Origin: Chiloscyllium plagiosum
Taxonomy: Eukaryota
Direction: 5' to 3'
DNA length: 62,901 bases
NCBI RefSeq assembly: GCF_004010195.1
Contig: NC_057719.1
Location: 68,934,622 to 68,997,522, forward strand
Below, in pieces: positions 24,815-38,738 of the stretch. A program made the position numbers and the translations under genes. The notes beneath the pieces were generated by a model, which was not told where the DNA came from, ran no database searches, and saw only the letters and a list, made by a program, of their open reading frames with translations. Numbering within the stretch: the stretch's first letter is position 1; each line of letters opens with the position of its first letter.

Positions 24815-27225
24815 CAGAGTCATAGTCATACAGCACAAAACAGACCTTTCAGTCCAAATCATCTATGTTGACCAACATCCCAATCTGACCTAGTCCCATT
24901 TGCCAGCATTTGGCCCATTTCCCATGAAACACTTACTATTCATATGTCCATCCAGGTACCTTTTAGAAGTTGTAATTGTACCAGCCTCCACCACTTCCTC
25001 CGGCAGCTTGTTCCATACACGCAACACCCTCAGTTACTCCTCAGATCTTTTTAAATCTTTCCCCTCTCATCTTAAACCTATGTCCTCTAGTTCTGGACTC
25101 CCTCACCTGAGGGAAAAGACCTTGTCTATTCAGCCTATCCATGCCCCTCATTATTTTTTAAATGTCCATAAGGTCACCCCTCAGCCTCCGACACTCCAGG
25201 AAAAAAAGCCTGAGCCTATTCAACATCTCCCTACAGCTCAAACCCTCCAAACCTGGCAACATCCTAGTTAAGCTTTTCTGCGCTCTCTCAAGTTCAACAA
25301 CATCCTTCCTATAGAAGGGTGACCAGAATTGTACTCAGTATTCCAAAATTAGCCTCACCAATGTCCTGTACAGTTGCAACATGACAATGTTATGGCCAAT
25401 GAAAGTATATGAATGCCAAATGCCTTATTCACCACCCTGTCTACCTCAACTCCATTTTCAAGGAACTATGCACCTGCACCCTGGGTGTCTTTGTTCAGCA
25501 ACACTCTCCAAGGATCTACCATTAACTGTATAAATCCTATCCTGATTTGCCCTACCAAAATGCAACATCTCACATTTATCTATATGAAACTTCATCTGCC
25601 ATGCTTTGGTCCACTGGCCTATCAAATCAAGGTCCCGTAATACTCTGAGATAATCTTCTTCACTATCCACACTAGCTAATTTGGTGTCAACTGCAAACTT
25701 ACTAACCATACCTCCTATATTCACTTCCAAATCATTTATATTAATGATGAAAAGCAATGGACTCAGCATTCATCCTGTTTGCACACTACTGGTCATAGGT
25801 CTCCAGTCAGAAAAACAACCCTCCACCATTGTGGGTGGCACAGTGGCACAGTGGTTAGCACTGCTGCCTCACAGCGCCAGAGACCCGGGTTCAGTTCCCG
25901 CCTCAGGCGACTGTCTGTGTGGAGTTTGCACATTCTCCCCGTGTCTGCGTGGGTTTCCTCTGGGTGCTCCGGTTTCCTCCCACAGTCCAAAGATGTGCAG
26001 GTCAGGTGAATTGGCCATGCTAAATTGCCCATAGTGTTAGGTAAGGGGTAAATGTAGGGGTATGGGTGGGTTGCGCTTCGGCGGGGCGGTGTTTCCACAC
26101 TGTAAGTAATCTAATCTAATCTAATCACCCTCAGTCTCCCACCTTCAAGCCAACTTTTTATGCAATTGGCTAGCTCCCCCTGGATTCCATGTGATCCAAC
26201 TTTGCTAACCACTCTACCATGTGGAATCTTGTTGATCCCCTTGCTGAAGCCCATATAAACAACATTTACTGCTGGCCTTCACCAATTTTCTTTGTCCCCT
26301 CTTCAAAAACTCAATCAAGTTAGTGGAGCATGGTTTCTCATGCACATAGCCATGTTGACTGCCCCTCATCAGTTTTGCCTTTTCAAATGCGTGTAATTCT
26401 TGTCCCTCAGAATCCTCTGCAATAATTTACCCACCACTGGCATAAGGCTCACTGATCCATAGTTCCCCAGTTTTTCCTTACAGCCTTTCTTAAATAATAG
26501 CACCATATTAACCAATCTCTAGTCTTCTAGTCCCTCACCCATGACTATTGATGATACAACCATCTCAGCAAGGGGCAACGCAATTTCTTCCCTAGCTTCC
26601 CACTAAAGTTCTGGGAAATACCTGATCAGGTCCTGGGGATTTATCTTCCTTTATGCATTTTAAGACCTTTAGTATCTCCTCTTCTAGAACATAAACTCTT
26701 TCAAGAGACCACTACTTATTTCCCCTAGATCCCTAGCTTCCAAGTCCTTCTCCACTATAAAGATTGACATGAAACATTCATTTAGTATCTCACCCATCTC
26801 CTGTGTTTCCACACATAGACAGCCATGTTGATCTTAGTGGCCCTATTCCCTCCCTAGTTACTGTTTTGCTTTTAATGTATTTATAGAATCTATTTGGAAT
26901 TTCCTTAGCTCTAATTGCCAAAGCTATCTCATGTCCCCTTTTTTTGCCTTTCTGATTTCTCTCTTAAGTATACTCCGACTGCCCTTATACTCTTCTAGGA
27001 ATTCACTTGATCCAAACTGTCTAGACCTTATATATGCCTCCTTTTTCTTGACCAAAACCTCAATTTCACTAGTCATCCAGCATTCCTTACACCTCCCAGT
27101 CTTGCCCTTCACATTAACAGGAACATACTCTCTCTGAACTCGTAATTATCTCATTCTTGAATGCCTCCCACTTCCTAATCATCCCTTTACCTGAGAATAG
27201 CCTGTCTTAATCAACTTTGGAAATG
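24815..27225 (-). mobile_element. CR1 LINE ORF2 fragment with nested HE1
   Basis: LSPLLFIININDL..SKFAVDTKL RT motif; CR1 tail at 24815. Confidence 0.9.
25833..26125 (+). mobile_element. Young HE1-type SINE
   Basis: Near-consensus, CpGs retained, (taatc)n tail. Confidence 0.92.
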
Positions 27226-27408
27226 CTAGAACTTGGTGCAAAAAGGGGCAAAAAAAAAATTACATGAGTCCAACAGAAAGGATTTATATTTTCAATTGAT
27301 GATCAGGTGATGTTGTATGCTGCCTGAAATCCAACATTTCAGTGGAATTTCACACCAATACAGCTCAGTCAGATAACCTTATAACAAAAATAACATGTCA
27401 TCACTTAC

Positions 27409-27594
27409 TCATTCCAACTGCTGGCTCCTCATACCAATACTTCACATTATGCTTTCTGTTGATATGGTAGCGAGGAACCTTTTTCACATAGTGAATTATT
27501 TTGCGATTCTTCTGTTCCAGGCCATCATTAGGAGTGTGTGTATAAAGAGCAGCTTTTGATTTTGCCAACATTGCATTGTTGCTTTTATCGTTCC
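27409..27594 (-). pseudogene. Exon D, MyTH4 insert region, open
   Basis: Long polypyrimidine acceptor ...taattcccttcag|; 186 nt, phase 1-1, no stops; NDKSNNAMLAKSKAALYTHTPNDGLEQKNRKIIHYVKKVPRYHINRKHNVKYWYEEPAVGM; donor A|GTAAGT. QKNRKIIHYVKK resembles the MYO7A insert RHKLVHLTLKKK. Confidence 0.65.
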
Positions 27595-30500
27595 CTGAAG
27601 GGAATTAGAAATTTACAAAGAGAAAATAAAACCGGAAGTCAGCTTGCATAAATATCACAGAATACTCAAAATCCTTTCTTAAATATGTCTGATCTGTTAA
27701 CTCTATTGGAAAGGGATCCATAGGAAAAACAGACCTTACTCCTGCCAAGAGAGATAAAACCAATGGAAAAGAGAATAAAATGTTCCTGATTATTAGAAAT
27801 AATCACATTTCAGGTTCTTTTCAGAAGCAAGCTAGTTCAAAACACTGATTAGTTCATGGTCAACCAATGTTCCATATTGTTGTCCAAAGTTCCAATAAGT
27901 GTTGAGTTTTCCGATGGGGGAAAATACAATGGATTTCAACCTGTCAATATCGCAGGAAGTTGCAGAAAGTCTAGCTCATTCATGACTTCTCATTGAACAT
28001 GTAATTGGACAGCTATAAAATCAAAGGTGAGTCGCACGATCAAGAAGAGATCACATTCAGAGTGAAACACAGCCTGAGTGACTATATAGTTTGGGTAATT
28101 TGGAAGCAGCATCAGAATAGAACTCGTAAGTCCTTCTTTTCTTTCTCCATTTAAAAAGTTTAAAATTCAGTAGTCTAGTGAAAAGGTGAGTGAGGAAGCT
28201 GACTCAGCTGACTGAGGGACAGTCATTAGTCAATCATTTGAAACCTGAATCCTGTTAAAAGAGAGCCTGTTAAAAGCATTTAATCAGGAAAGTTTGCATG
28301 GTCAGGAAGGAGAGATCACATGTGGTATGAGACACAGCCTGAGTGAGTATATAGTTCGGGGAATTTGGAGACACTTTTTATTCACTTTTATTGTCTCATT
28401 GTTTGTCGGGATTTTATTCATGAGGATAAATTGAAGGGGGCCGTGCCCCCCCCAACAAAAGAGTGATGTCACAGGTAAACCATAGGTTGATTGGTTGGTG
28501 ATAGCAACTAATTTGACTCTATAATAGATTACTTCCAGATTGAAGATAAACGGGCTCCAAACTAAAAGATCAATGGGAATTTCTTTTTAAAAATCAAATT
28601 AAGAACTAAGTAAATAAAACAGAGATGCAGGGCCAGGCTATGTGTTGTACCTACATGATGTCAGAGCTGGTGGACCCCATTGTGTTTCATACATGACTAC
28701 ATCTGTAGGAAGTGGTGCTTGCTTGGGGAACTCTGGCTCAAAGATGATGAGCTGGAGTCTGAGCTCCAAACATTGCAACACTTCAGGGAGGAGGAGAATT
28801 ACCTGGATACTGTGTTTCAGGAGATAGTCACACTCCTGAGATTAACTACCTCAAATTCAGTCAGTGATCAGGGACAGGAGCATGTGACTTTGAGTGACAC
28901 AGGTAGAGGGATCCAGGAGACAGTGCTGAACGAGTGTCAACACTTGAGCTTGTCTAACAGGTTTGAGATTCTTGCTCCCTGTGTGGATGAGAATAGGGGG
29001 TGTAGGGAAGATGTACAAACTCCCCATAGCACCATGGTGCAGGCAGCCATTCAAGAGAGGTAGAAAGGAGAAATTTAGTTGTAATTGTAGCTTGTACAGT
29101 AAAAGAAATGGATGCTGTAATATGTGGCCAGCACAGAGAGTCCCAAAAGCTATGTTGCCAGCCTGATGCCCAGGTCCCGATATCCCATCTGCAGAAGAAC
29201 TTGGAATGGGAGGGGAAAGATTCAATTGTAGTGGTCAATGTAGGTACCAGTGATATAGGTAGAAAAACATTTTGCTAAAGGAATATGAGAAGGTTAGGGG
29301 CTAAATTAAAAAACAGAACAAAAGTCCAAAACTAAAGGGCATAGGTTTAGGGTGAGAGGGAAAAGATTTAAAAGGGACCCTCAGGAGCAAATTTTCATGC
29401 AAACAATGGTGCATGTATGGAATGAACTGCCAGAGGAAGTAATGGAGACTGGTGCAACATTTAAAAAGCATCTGGATGGGTACATGAATAGAAAGGGTTT
29501 AGAGGATGTGGGCCAAGTGCTGGCAAATTGGACTAGATTAATTTAGGATATATGGTTGGCATGGGCAAGTTAGACCAAAGGGTCTGTTTCCATGTTGTAC
29601 AACTCTATTACTCTGGGTTATTACCTCAGTCACAAACAAATTAGCACAAGGTCAACAAGATTAAAAAGGTAAACGTGTGGAATGGGATAGAAAGAGCTGT
29701 GCCAATGGGACTGGCTCCACTTGAATCATGCTGGGACCAGAGTGCTGGTGAATCACACAATTAGGGTTGTAGATAGGCTTTAAACCAAACTAAATTGTGG
29801 GTGGAGGGCTGTGCTCAGTTGCTTGCCAATTTAAAATTTAAATTGAAGATAGCCCAGCAGAACAATTAATAGGAGTGCAAGCATGGAAAGGGTCAGGAAT
29901 TTAACTTCAGGCATGGCAGATAAGGGAACAACCATGAGATGGGGTCAGTCAACATAGACTGATGGCGTTGTGCTTAAAGCACACAATATACAAAACAAAG
30001 TAAATTAACACGTAATGCAGATTGAAACTGGCGAGTAAGATGCTTTGGGTATTATGGAGACATGGCTATAAGGGGATCAGGACTGGGAACTTAATATTCA
30101 AGGCTACACATCCTATCAAAAGGACAGGCAAATGGGCAGAGGGGGCAGGGTTACCTTTTTAGTATGAAATGAAACTAAATTAATAGCAATAAGTGACATA
30201 GAGTCAGAAGGCATAGAACCTGTGTCGCTAGAGTTGAAGAACCGCAAAAGAGAACATGCCCTGATGGAATTTATGTACGTGCCTCCTAGCAGTAGTCAGG
30301 ATGTGTGATAGAAAATACATCAGGAGATAGAAAAGACATATAAGAAAGGCACTATTATAGTAATCATGGGGGAATTTCAATAGATAGACTCAGATAGACT
30401 CAGAAAAACAGCTTGGTAGTGGATCTCAAGAAAAAGGAGTTTGTGAAATGTCCATGAGGTGGGTTTTTTTGAAGCATCATATGATGGACCCCACTAATGA

Positions 30501-32554
30501 GGCAGACTTATTTAGGGAGCTTAAGGTGAAGGATTCCTGAGGAAACAGTGACCATAATATGATAGAATTTACCTTGAAGTTTGAAAGAAGAAGCTGGAAT
30601 AAGATACAATAGTCTTACAATTGAGTAAAGATAACTACAAAGACATGATGGAGGAGCTGGCCAGAGTTGATTGGAAGAGGAGCCTAGCAGGGAAGATGGT
30701 GGAGCAGCAATGGCAGGGGTTTCTGGGAGTAAGTCTGGAGGTACAGCAGAAATCCATCCCAAGGAAGAAGGAACATACTAAGGGGAGGATGAGGCAACCA
30801 TGGCTGACAGGGGAAGTCAAAAGAAAAAGCACACACTGCATTGAAGAATAGAGGGAAGCCAAAGGATTAGGAAACTTTCAAAAACCAGCAGAGGACAACT
30901 AAAACAGCAATAAAGGGAGAGAAAATGAAGTATGAGAGTGAGCTAGTTATGAACATAAAACACAATTGCAAGAGTTTTGTTTCAGATAGATAAAATTATA
31001 AGAGAGATAGGAAAGAGGACTTTGGACCATTGAAATATGAAGCTGGAGAAGTAGTAATAGGAAACAAATAAATAGCAGAGGAACTGAATAAGTACTTTGC
31101 ATCAGTTTTCACAGTGGAAGACACCAGCAACAAACAAGAATTTTAAGAGAGTCGGGGGCAGATATCAGTGTGATGCTAAGGAGAAGGTCTGGCGAAGGTG
31201 AACATCTGAAGGTACACAAATCATCCAGAACAGAGAATAACTAGGAGATTATAGAGGCATTGGTGGTGATCTTTCAGGGAATCACTGGATTTGTGGAGGG
31301 TGTCAGAGGACAGGAAAACGTCCAATAGAGTCATAAAGCAACACAGTTCAGAAACAAATCTTTCAGTCCAACTCATCCATGCTGACCACACGCGCCATTC
31401 TGACCTCATCCCATTTGCCAGCATTTGGCCCATATCCCTCTAAACCCTTCCATTCAGATACCTTTTAAATGTTGTAATTGTCCCAGCCTCCACCACTTCC
31501 TCTGGCAGCTCATTCCATCCATGCACCACCCTCTGTGTGAAAAGGCTGCCCCTTGGGTCCCTTGTAAATTTTTCCCCTCTCATCCTAAACCTATGCCCTC
31601 TAGTTTTGGATTTGTTTAATTTATTTGATCTATTTTGGTCACATGTACCTAAGTAAATTAAGAGCTTTGTTTGCGAGCAGTACAGGAAGATCATTATAAG
31701 CAAAGACATGCAGAGCATAGGGTGCTTAGGCAGAGTGAGACATATAGATTACACTGTACGTGAGATGCACAAAGCAAGATCAACATTAACAAGCTCAACA
31801 TTATTTGAAGTTGGACAGTCCATTCAACCTGTCCTCGGATGCTGCCTGAATTGCTGTGCTCTTCCAGCACCACTGATATCCAGAGTCCATTCATCAGTCT
31901 AGTATTGGCAGGGAAGAAACAATTCTTGAACCTGTTAGAGCTGTTCTTGAACCTATTGGACTCCCCAACTCTTGGAAGAAGGCCTTGACTGTTCATCTGC
32001 AAATTTACTATCCATACCTCTTATATTCACATCCAAATCATTCATATATATGAGGACCCAGCACTAATCCTTGTGGCATATCTCTGTTCACAGGTCTTCA
32101 GTCCGAAAAACAGCCCTCCATCACACACTCTGCCTCCTACCTTCAAGCCAATTTTGTATCTGCAACAATCTTTACTTAAAAGGAAGGGAGGCAGAAGACA
32201 GGAAACTATAGATAATTATTGTTTAGCTTGAACTTGTTCATTGGTAAAATTTTAAGAGTTCATTATTCAGGATGAGATTGTGGAGTACTTGGAAGTGCAT
32301 GCATAAAATAATGTTGAGTCAGCACAGCTTAGAGGAGAAATTTAGCAAGGTTGAATCTACTTGGATTTCCAGAAGGCCTTTGATAAGGTGCCCCACTGGT
32401 GGTTGCTAAATAAGATAAGAGCCCATGGTGTTAAGGACAAGGTTCAGGCATTGGCAGTGTTTGGCTGACTTGCAGATGGCAGATAGTGGGATTAAAGAAT
32501 TCATTTTTTCAGGATAGTAGCTGGTGACTAGTGGACTTATTTAAAAATTTTTTC

Positions 32555-32960
32555 ACAGGATGACGATGTCACTGGTTAGGCAGCATTTATTGCCTATCCC
32601 AAATTGCCAGAGGACAGTTAAGAGTCAATCACATTGCTGTGGGTCTGGAGTCACATATAGGTCAGACCACGTAAGGGAGGCTGGAAGAACACAACAAGCC
32701 AGGTAGCATCAGGAGGTGGAGAAGTTGACGTTTCGGGTGTAACCCTTCTTCAGGACCTCACTCAGACCAGGGCAGTTTCCTACCCTAACAGGCATTAGAG
32801 AACCAGAATGGTTTTTGCTGCCAATTGACAATGGATTCATGGTTGTCCAATTAAGCTCATAATTCCATCATTTGCTGGAGCAGGATTTGAACCCAGGTCC
32901 CCAGGATATTACCTGGGGCTCTGGATTAACAGTCCAGTGATATTACCACTAAGCTGTCAC
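32555..32960 (-). mobile_element. tRNA-headed SINE containing a Penelope-type terminal fragment (32675-32757)
   Basis: SINE head at right (ttagtggtaatatcactggac..ctgggttcaaatcc); the insert matches 12345-12430. Confidence 0.65.
32724..32756 (-). ncRNA. Minimal type-I hammerhead ribozyme motif
   Basis: GTC CTGAAGA A GGGT-TAC-ACCC GAAAC GTC AAC. Core and stem II intact; one stem I mismatch. Confidence 0.6.
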
Positions 32961-34214
32961 CTTTTACAGGGGTCAGTGTTGGGACACAATTATTCCTGTT
33001 ACACATTAAAGAGCTGGATGAAGGAATTGAAGGCATTATTGTTAAGGTTGCAGTTGCAGATGACACAAATTTTAGTGGAGGGACAGCTGGTGTTGAGGAA
33101 GTGAAGAAGAACTTGGACAGGCCAGGAGAGTTGACACAGAAGCGGCAGACGGAATACAATGTGGGAAAGTGTGAGGTATGCACTTTGGTGGAAAGAATAG
33201 TGCTATAGATTATTTTCTAAATGGGGAAAGGCTTCTGAAATGTGAAGCATAAAGGGACTTTGGGACCCCTGTTTAGAATTCTCTAAGGTTAATATGCAGG
33301 TTTGGTTGACAATTAGGAAGGCAAATGCAATGATAGCATTCATTGCAAGAGGGCTTGAAAACAACAGCAGAGATGTACTGCTGAGGCTGTAATAAGGCTC
33401 TGGTCAGACCGCATTGGAATACTGTGAGTAGTTTTGAGTCCCATTTCTAAGGAAGGGTGTGTTGGCATTCGAGAAGACCAGAGGAGGTTTACAAGAAAGA
33501 TCCTGGGGATGAAGGGCTTGTATGAGGACATGGATATGAACTCGAGTTTAGAAGGATAAGGAGTGATTTGATTGAAACTTAGAGAATACTGGAGAGGCCT
33601 GGATAGAGTAGATGTGGAGAAGATGTTTTCACTATAGAAGAGATTACACTCCAATGTCACAGACTCAGAGTGAACGGATGACCCTTTAGAACCTAGATGA
33701 GGAGGAATTTCTTCAGCGAAAGAGTGGTTAATCTGTGGAACCCTACTGCAGATGGTTGTTGAGGCCAAGTCATTAAATGTATTTAAGGCATAGATAGCTA
33801 AGTTCTTGATTGGTAAGATAATCATAGGTTATGGGGAAAAGGCAGGAAAATGGGATTGGGATATATATCAGCCATAGTCTAACAGCAGAGCAGACTTGAT
33901 GGGCCAAATGGCCTAATTTTACTCCAATATTTTATGATCTTGTGATTGTGAGTGAATGTTTGGTTTTGTTAGTTTGATTTGGTTTTAGTTTTATGAAAAG
34001 TTGTTTTCATATCTAACAAATGTGGGGAAATCAAATAGCTAATACAAGAGAAAGGGCCAAAACAGGCATTTTGTAACTCAGTGAAAGTGACCATCTAGCT
34101 GCGGAGTGGAAAAATAATGGAAGAGAATACACTGGCTTTATTAACAGGTGAGAATGTAATCATGGAATGATATAGCACAGTCTTCCACAAGGATGAGCTA
34201 TAAATGAGGATTTG

Positions 34215-34329
34215 AGGTTAGTCTTCTGGATGTAGGTTTGCTCGCTGAGCTGGAAGGTTCATTTCCAGATGTTTCATCACCCTACTAGGGAACATTTTCA
34301 GTGGGCCTCCGGGCGAAGCACTGCTGATG
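34215..34329 (-). mobile_element. Penelope-like element terminus running into the assembly gap
   Basis: Similar to 47344-47480 and 62710-62840; degenerate hammerhead CCA CTGAAAA..GAAAC ATC TGG at 34265-34304. Confidence 0.7.
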
Positions 34330-34829
34330 NNNNNNNNNNNNNNNNNNNNNNNNNNNNNNNNNNNNNNNNNNNNNNNNNNNNNNNNNNNNNNNNNNNNNNN
34401 NNNNNNNNNNNNNNNNNNNNNNNNNNNNNNNNNNNNNNNNNNNNNNNNNNNNNNNNNNNNNNNNNNNNNNNNNNNNNNNNNNNNNNNNNNNNNNNNNNNN
34501 NNNNNNNNNNNNNNNNNNNNNNNNNNNNNNNNNNNNNNNNNNNNNNNNNNNNNNNNNNNNNNNNNNNNNNNNNNNNNNNNNNNNNNNNNNNNNNNNNNNN
34601 NNNNNNNNNNNNNNNNNNNNNNNNNNNNNNNNNNNNNNNNNNNNNNNNNNNNNNNNNNNNNNNNNNNNNNNNNNNNNNNNNNNNNNNNNNNNNNNNNNNN
34701 NNNNNNNNNNNNNNNNNNNNNNNNNNNNNNNNNNNNNNNNNNNNNNNNNNNNNNNNNNNNNNNNNNNNNNNNNNNNNNNNNNNNNNNNNNNNNNNNNNNN
34801 NNNNNNNNNNNNNNNNNNNNNNNNNNNNN
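34330..34829. other. Assembly gap (500 N)
   Basis: Run of N. Confidence 1.
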
Positions 34830-37614
34830 TGGTCATTTTTTTGTAACGAAAGTTATCAGCATCAAATTTGGTGTGAAACATTAATATAGGTGAGTATCAG
34901 ATTTGTACTGAAGCTAAAATAGAAACAATGTTGTTTTTTTTTCAAGTATTCCTTCACTGTGCTTTCATTTCAATTCAGTTTCTAACAATGATGACATTAT
35001 GACAGATTTAAGTTGTATCAATGTCATAAACTATAATAATGTAACTGCTTTCAATCAGACATTAGTGGTGAGGAAAGAGTAATAAGTGTACTATTCTGGG
35101 AAACTGTTAAATTTGTCAAAATGCCTCAATACCAACTTTAACCTTTGATCTGTTTTAGCTACCCCTAATTTGCAAATACAGCCTTTGCAATCATCCATTG
35201 ATAGCTATCAGGACTAATTTATCTGTCCTCCCATTCAGCTGCTAGACAGCAATAGTACACCTGAACTCTGTTCTGACCTTTGTCCCTTAGCCTGCTGTAA
35301 GTTTGAGTTCATTTTCTAAAGTTGCAGGTATTCCAGCACAGGCACACAGCCTAGCACCTGGAGGTGGGTGAGGAAAATAGGTGCTGGTGCAGACCTGCGA
35401 GGGATGCAGCAGCAGGAACAGCCACTGACATGAAAGGTTTCTGGTTTTGCCAGAAGTCCTACTAGAAGACCACTACTCTCTGGTCCTGCAAAACAGAAAA
35501 AAAAAGACTTGCTTTGAATTCTGATTCTTTTACTGCCAATTCTTTAACATCAACACCTTTTCAATGCTGAGAGGAAAATAATGAGTTGAAAGGTCAGCAA
35601 AGTCATTAGTATGACAGCCCTTAGCTGGAGCCATGGTAGATCATAGATATGTCACATATTTATATAATTTGAAGATACTTGAGTTGCAATGAGTTCAGTT
35701 CATATGTATGCCTCTGGAAATCCACATACGTTTGAGAGGAGTGCTGGGCTTGTCAAATTACAAGGTTTGCTGTGCAAATATAAAGGATGGTGATTTATTC
35801 CAGGGCATGGGAAAGCTGGAGGGAGTAAATGCCGTGATTAACTGATAGTGTCATTTGAGACACTGCCAAATGGCAAAGGTCCTCATGCAGCTGGATCCTC
35901 TGATTCCTACAACTTTTTAATGACCTCTCCCTCGTGATGTTGTGTGGCCTCTTGCTCCAGCTTATCCATATGGGCTCCTCATTGAAGATCAAAGTTATGA
36001 AGCATGCAGCACACGGAATGATTCATGAAACTGTACCAGAGGAACTGTCAAAGCAATAGAATCAGTGACAACTCCTAAAGAACACATGCACCTCATTAAA
36101 TCTGCGCTGCTGCTCTCTACGAATGGTGCAAAGAGATCATGAGTCACAGCTGCATGTTACACTTCTGGTTTCCTACCTTGCACTGTTCAGTCAGAAATAA
36201 ATATAAGAGGCTGGACTATATTTTAATAGGGGCATCATAACTTGTACTAGAGAAGCATGCATTCACCTTCACCATCCTGTGCAAATGGTCATTGAAGAAC
36301 TGTACACAGACTGACTGATAGTCCCTCAAGCTCCTGTACAATGCAGTATTCTCTGCAACAACAATGACTTTCATTTATATATTGCCGTTAACATAGTAAA
36401 CCTTCTCAAATTGCTTTCGGGAGCAATGTCACAAAGTTTGACACTAAGCCACACAAGGCAAGATTAACACAGTTGACCTGTGGAACCTGAAACAGAATTA
36501 ATATTTGAGTCAAAGCCAACTCTCCTTCAGAACATTGAAGTTTTGTTTCTCTCTCCACAGATGCTGCCAGACCTGCTCATGTTTCCAGCACTCTCCAGGG
36601 TTTTGTTTTCCAGCATTTGCAATATCTTGCTTCTAATTTAGGTTATTGTTCAATTCTTGTCTTATGTAATATCCCTGAAAGGCTGGGAATGGTTTTTGGA
36701 TTTAACAGCATGTTTCAGAACTTTGGAGAGAAAAGAAAGTTTTGACATGGTCTGACACTTTGAAAGGGGGTCAAGGTTTTTTTTTCTGGACATCATAATG
36801 ACAGTGGATTTGAGGAAGAGGGTGATACTATCAGATAATAGTGCAACATGTGTGGGTCAGAGAATTGAGTTGACAATCTTATAAGCCATATTTTATGCAG
36901 CATTTACACCTTTTTAGCAAGGCTTTCTTCCTGTAACGCAGTTTTACTGAATTTGTCTTCCATTAAAAGGGAATGGAGCTGAATTCAGCAATGTCCAAAA
37001 TGCACAGATCCTTTACGGACATTATCCCAAACACCTTTACCTTTAAGTTATCTAGCAACCTAATTTTGTTAAAAAAAAATTTAGAAAAAAAATCAATCTG
37101 TCACTATCATATGTTCTGCTCATTTGTCAAAGATTCCAACTGCATCCCTAGCCACTTGCTCAGGTGAAATCAGGTCATGTGAAATCTCAGCACACAGTCT
37201 CATATCAATTCCCACATCCTGTCCAAAACTGCTCATTTTTATCTTCACAACATGTGTCACTACTGACTATGCCAATCCCTCAACACAATAAAAATATTTA
37301 TCCACTGTTCTGCCATCTGTACACTTGATTTCTACAATATACTCTGTGCTATCCTCACTGACCAATTTGTCTAAAACTCAATTATTTTTGCACGAAATAC
37401 AGACATACAATATCTGTCACTTCAATTGCCATTGACCTACATTAACTCCCTGTCTCCCAGCACTGTGAATTCAAACTCCTCACTGTTTTCATTACATCTA
37501 TCCATAGCTTCAATGTGTCCTGCCTCTTCAGGCTCCTGCAACTTAAATTTCTTTTCTCAAACGTTGTAGCTTCTTACTCTGGATTTCTTACACTTTCCAT
37601 TACTACAACTTTGG

Positions 37615-37822
37615 TCAAAACAAGAAGTCACAGAACAAGACGTTATAGTCCAACAGGTTTATTTGAAATCACAAGCTTTTGGAGCATTGCTCCTTCATCC
37701 GGTGAAGGAGCAGCACTCTGAATGCTCGTGATTTCAAATAAACCTGTTGGACTATAACCCAACATTTTGTGACTGACATCTGACTTTGTCCACCCCAGTC
37801 CAACACCAGCACCTCCACATCC
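37615..37822. mobile_element. Fold-back (palindromic) Penelope-terminus-derived element
   Basis: Perfect 31-bp inverted arms at 37642-37672 and 37728-37758; related to 60222-60390. Confidence 0.75.
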
Positions 37823-38505
37823 ATCTTTCGTGACAAAGTGTTCCAGTGCTTTGGCACTACTTCTCGTTACAGTCCTTTATTTCATTCAGCCTTTAGAAGT
37901 CTTCCTAAAACACAGGCCAGTGTTCAGCGAAGACTTAAATCCTATCTCTTAAATCTCTCACCATCACTCAGTGTCATCTTTTTATATTTCTTTTCTCCTC
38001 AAACTGCTTTGTGAAGTTTGCGTAAATCAAAGGCTGCTGAATTCTTTAAAAATTCTCAATACCTCTTTAAGGGATCCCTTCCCACATTTTTACTCCAGTT
38101 TTGAAAGAATATTGAACTTTGGTTAAGAACCAGACAGCGAAGGAGAAAAGCCATGCACTTCCTCGTGTTGACCCATTGATTCTGAACATCACTATCAAAT
38201 GAAGTTCTGGCGAATTCAATACAGGAATGTATAGGCTTCTTCAGTGTGCGCGCTCGTCACTTTGGCCGTTCACACAGTCTCCCTAAAGTTCTGGGGAGGC
38301 CCGTATTACATACCCCAGTTTGCCACTATTCATTCATCATACCGTCACAGTTTGATAGCGTGGTTTGGAGGTAATTTGGCAGAACTTAACGTGGAAAATA
38401 TGGAAATAAATCAAACTTTAGCCCACGTTGTACAAACCCGTGCATGGTTTGTCACCGTTTTATTTTAAAGAGTGCATGGACCAAAAAGCTTAAAATAAAG
38501 TGTAC

Positions 38506-38622
38506 CTATGTTTTCAGACTGGAGCTGCTTGCTGTTGCTGATATAGTTTTGAAGTCGCTTCCAGGCCACTCGAGCGTCTTGCTTCCAGTCCTCCGATTGC
38601 ATTCCCTTCTCAATGTTCGCAC
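38506..38622 (-). pseudogene. Exon C, MyTH4 first helix, open
   Basis: Acceptor ccctgttag|; 117 nt, phase 1-1; ANIEKGMQSEDWKQDARVAWKRLQNYISNSKQLQSENI. ARVAWKRLQNYISN resembles ALAVWITILRFMGD. Donor G|GTACAC. Confidence 0.65.
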
Positions 38623-38738
38623 CTAACAGGGTCCAAATCACAGGCCGGTTATTGCAAATAGTGGGTTCACACATCCCATTAGTTTTTGCACCACTTTTCC
38701 CTTTCCAGTTCCAGACTCCAGATATGGTACAGTCTCAC

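Larger units (their letters stand above)
28020..33950 (+). mobile_element. Old near-full-length CR1 LINE (5' UTR, ORF1, ORF2 remnants) with nested insertions
   Basis: ORF1-like DYICRKW..ELESELQTL (28680); endonuclease remnants 29960-30500; RT remnants 32170-33200; tail ~33940. Nested CR1 tails (29325-29615 +, 31328-31610 -) and a SINE. Confidence 0.75.

Noticed and set aside
5967..26098. Recurrent short ORFs (GNLAWPIHLTCTSLDCGRKPEHPEETH / MAQWLALLPHS)
   Set aside because: Translations of HE1 SINE copies, not genes; their tRNA-like heads are not tRNA genes.
27730..28015. Exon-like segment with a - strand acceptor and donor
   Set aside because: Stops in all frames and no match to tail-domain motifs; could be non-coding but is unsupported.
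34269..34889. Long ORFs of X residues
   Set aside because: Artefact of the 500-N gap.
35795..36100. Possible Harbinger transposase remnant (also ~42000-42110)
   Set aside because: Only faint motif resemblance; no TIRs seen.
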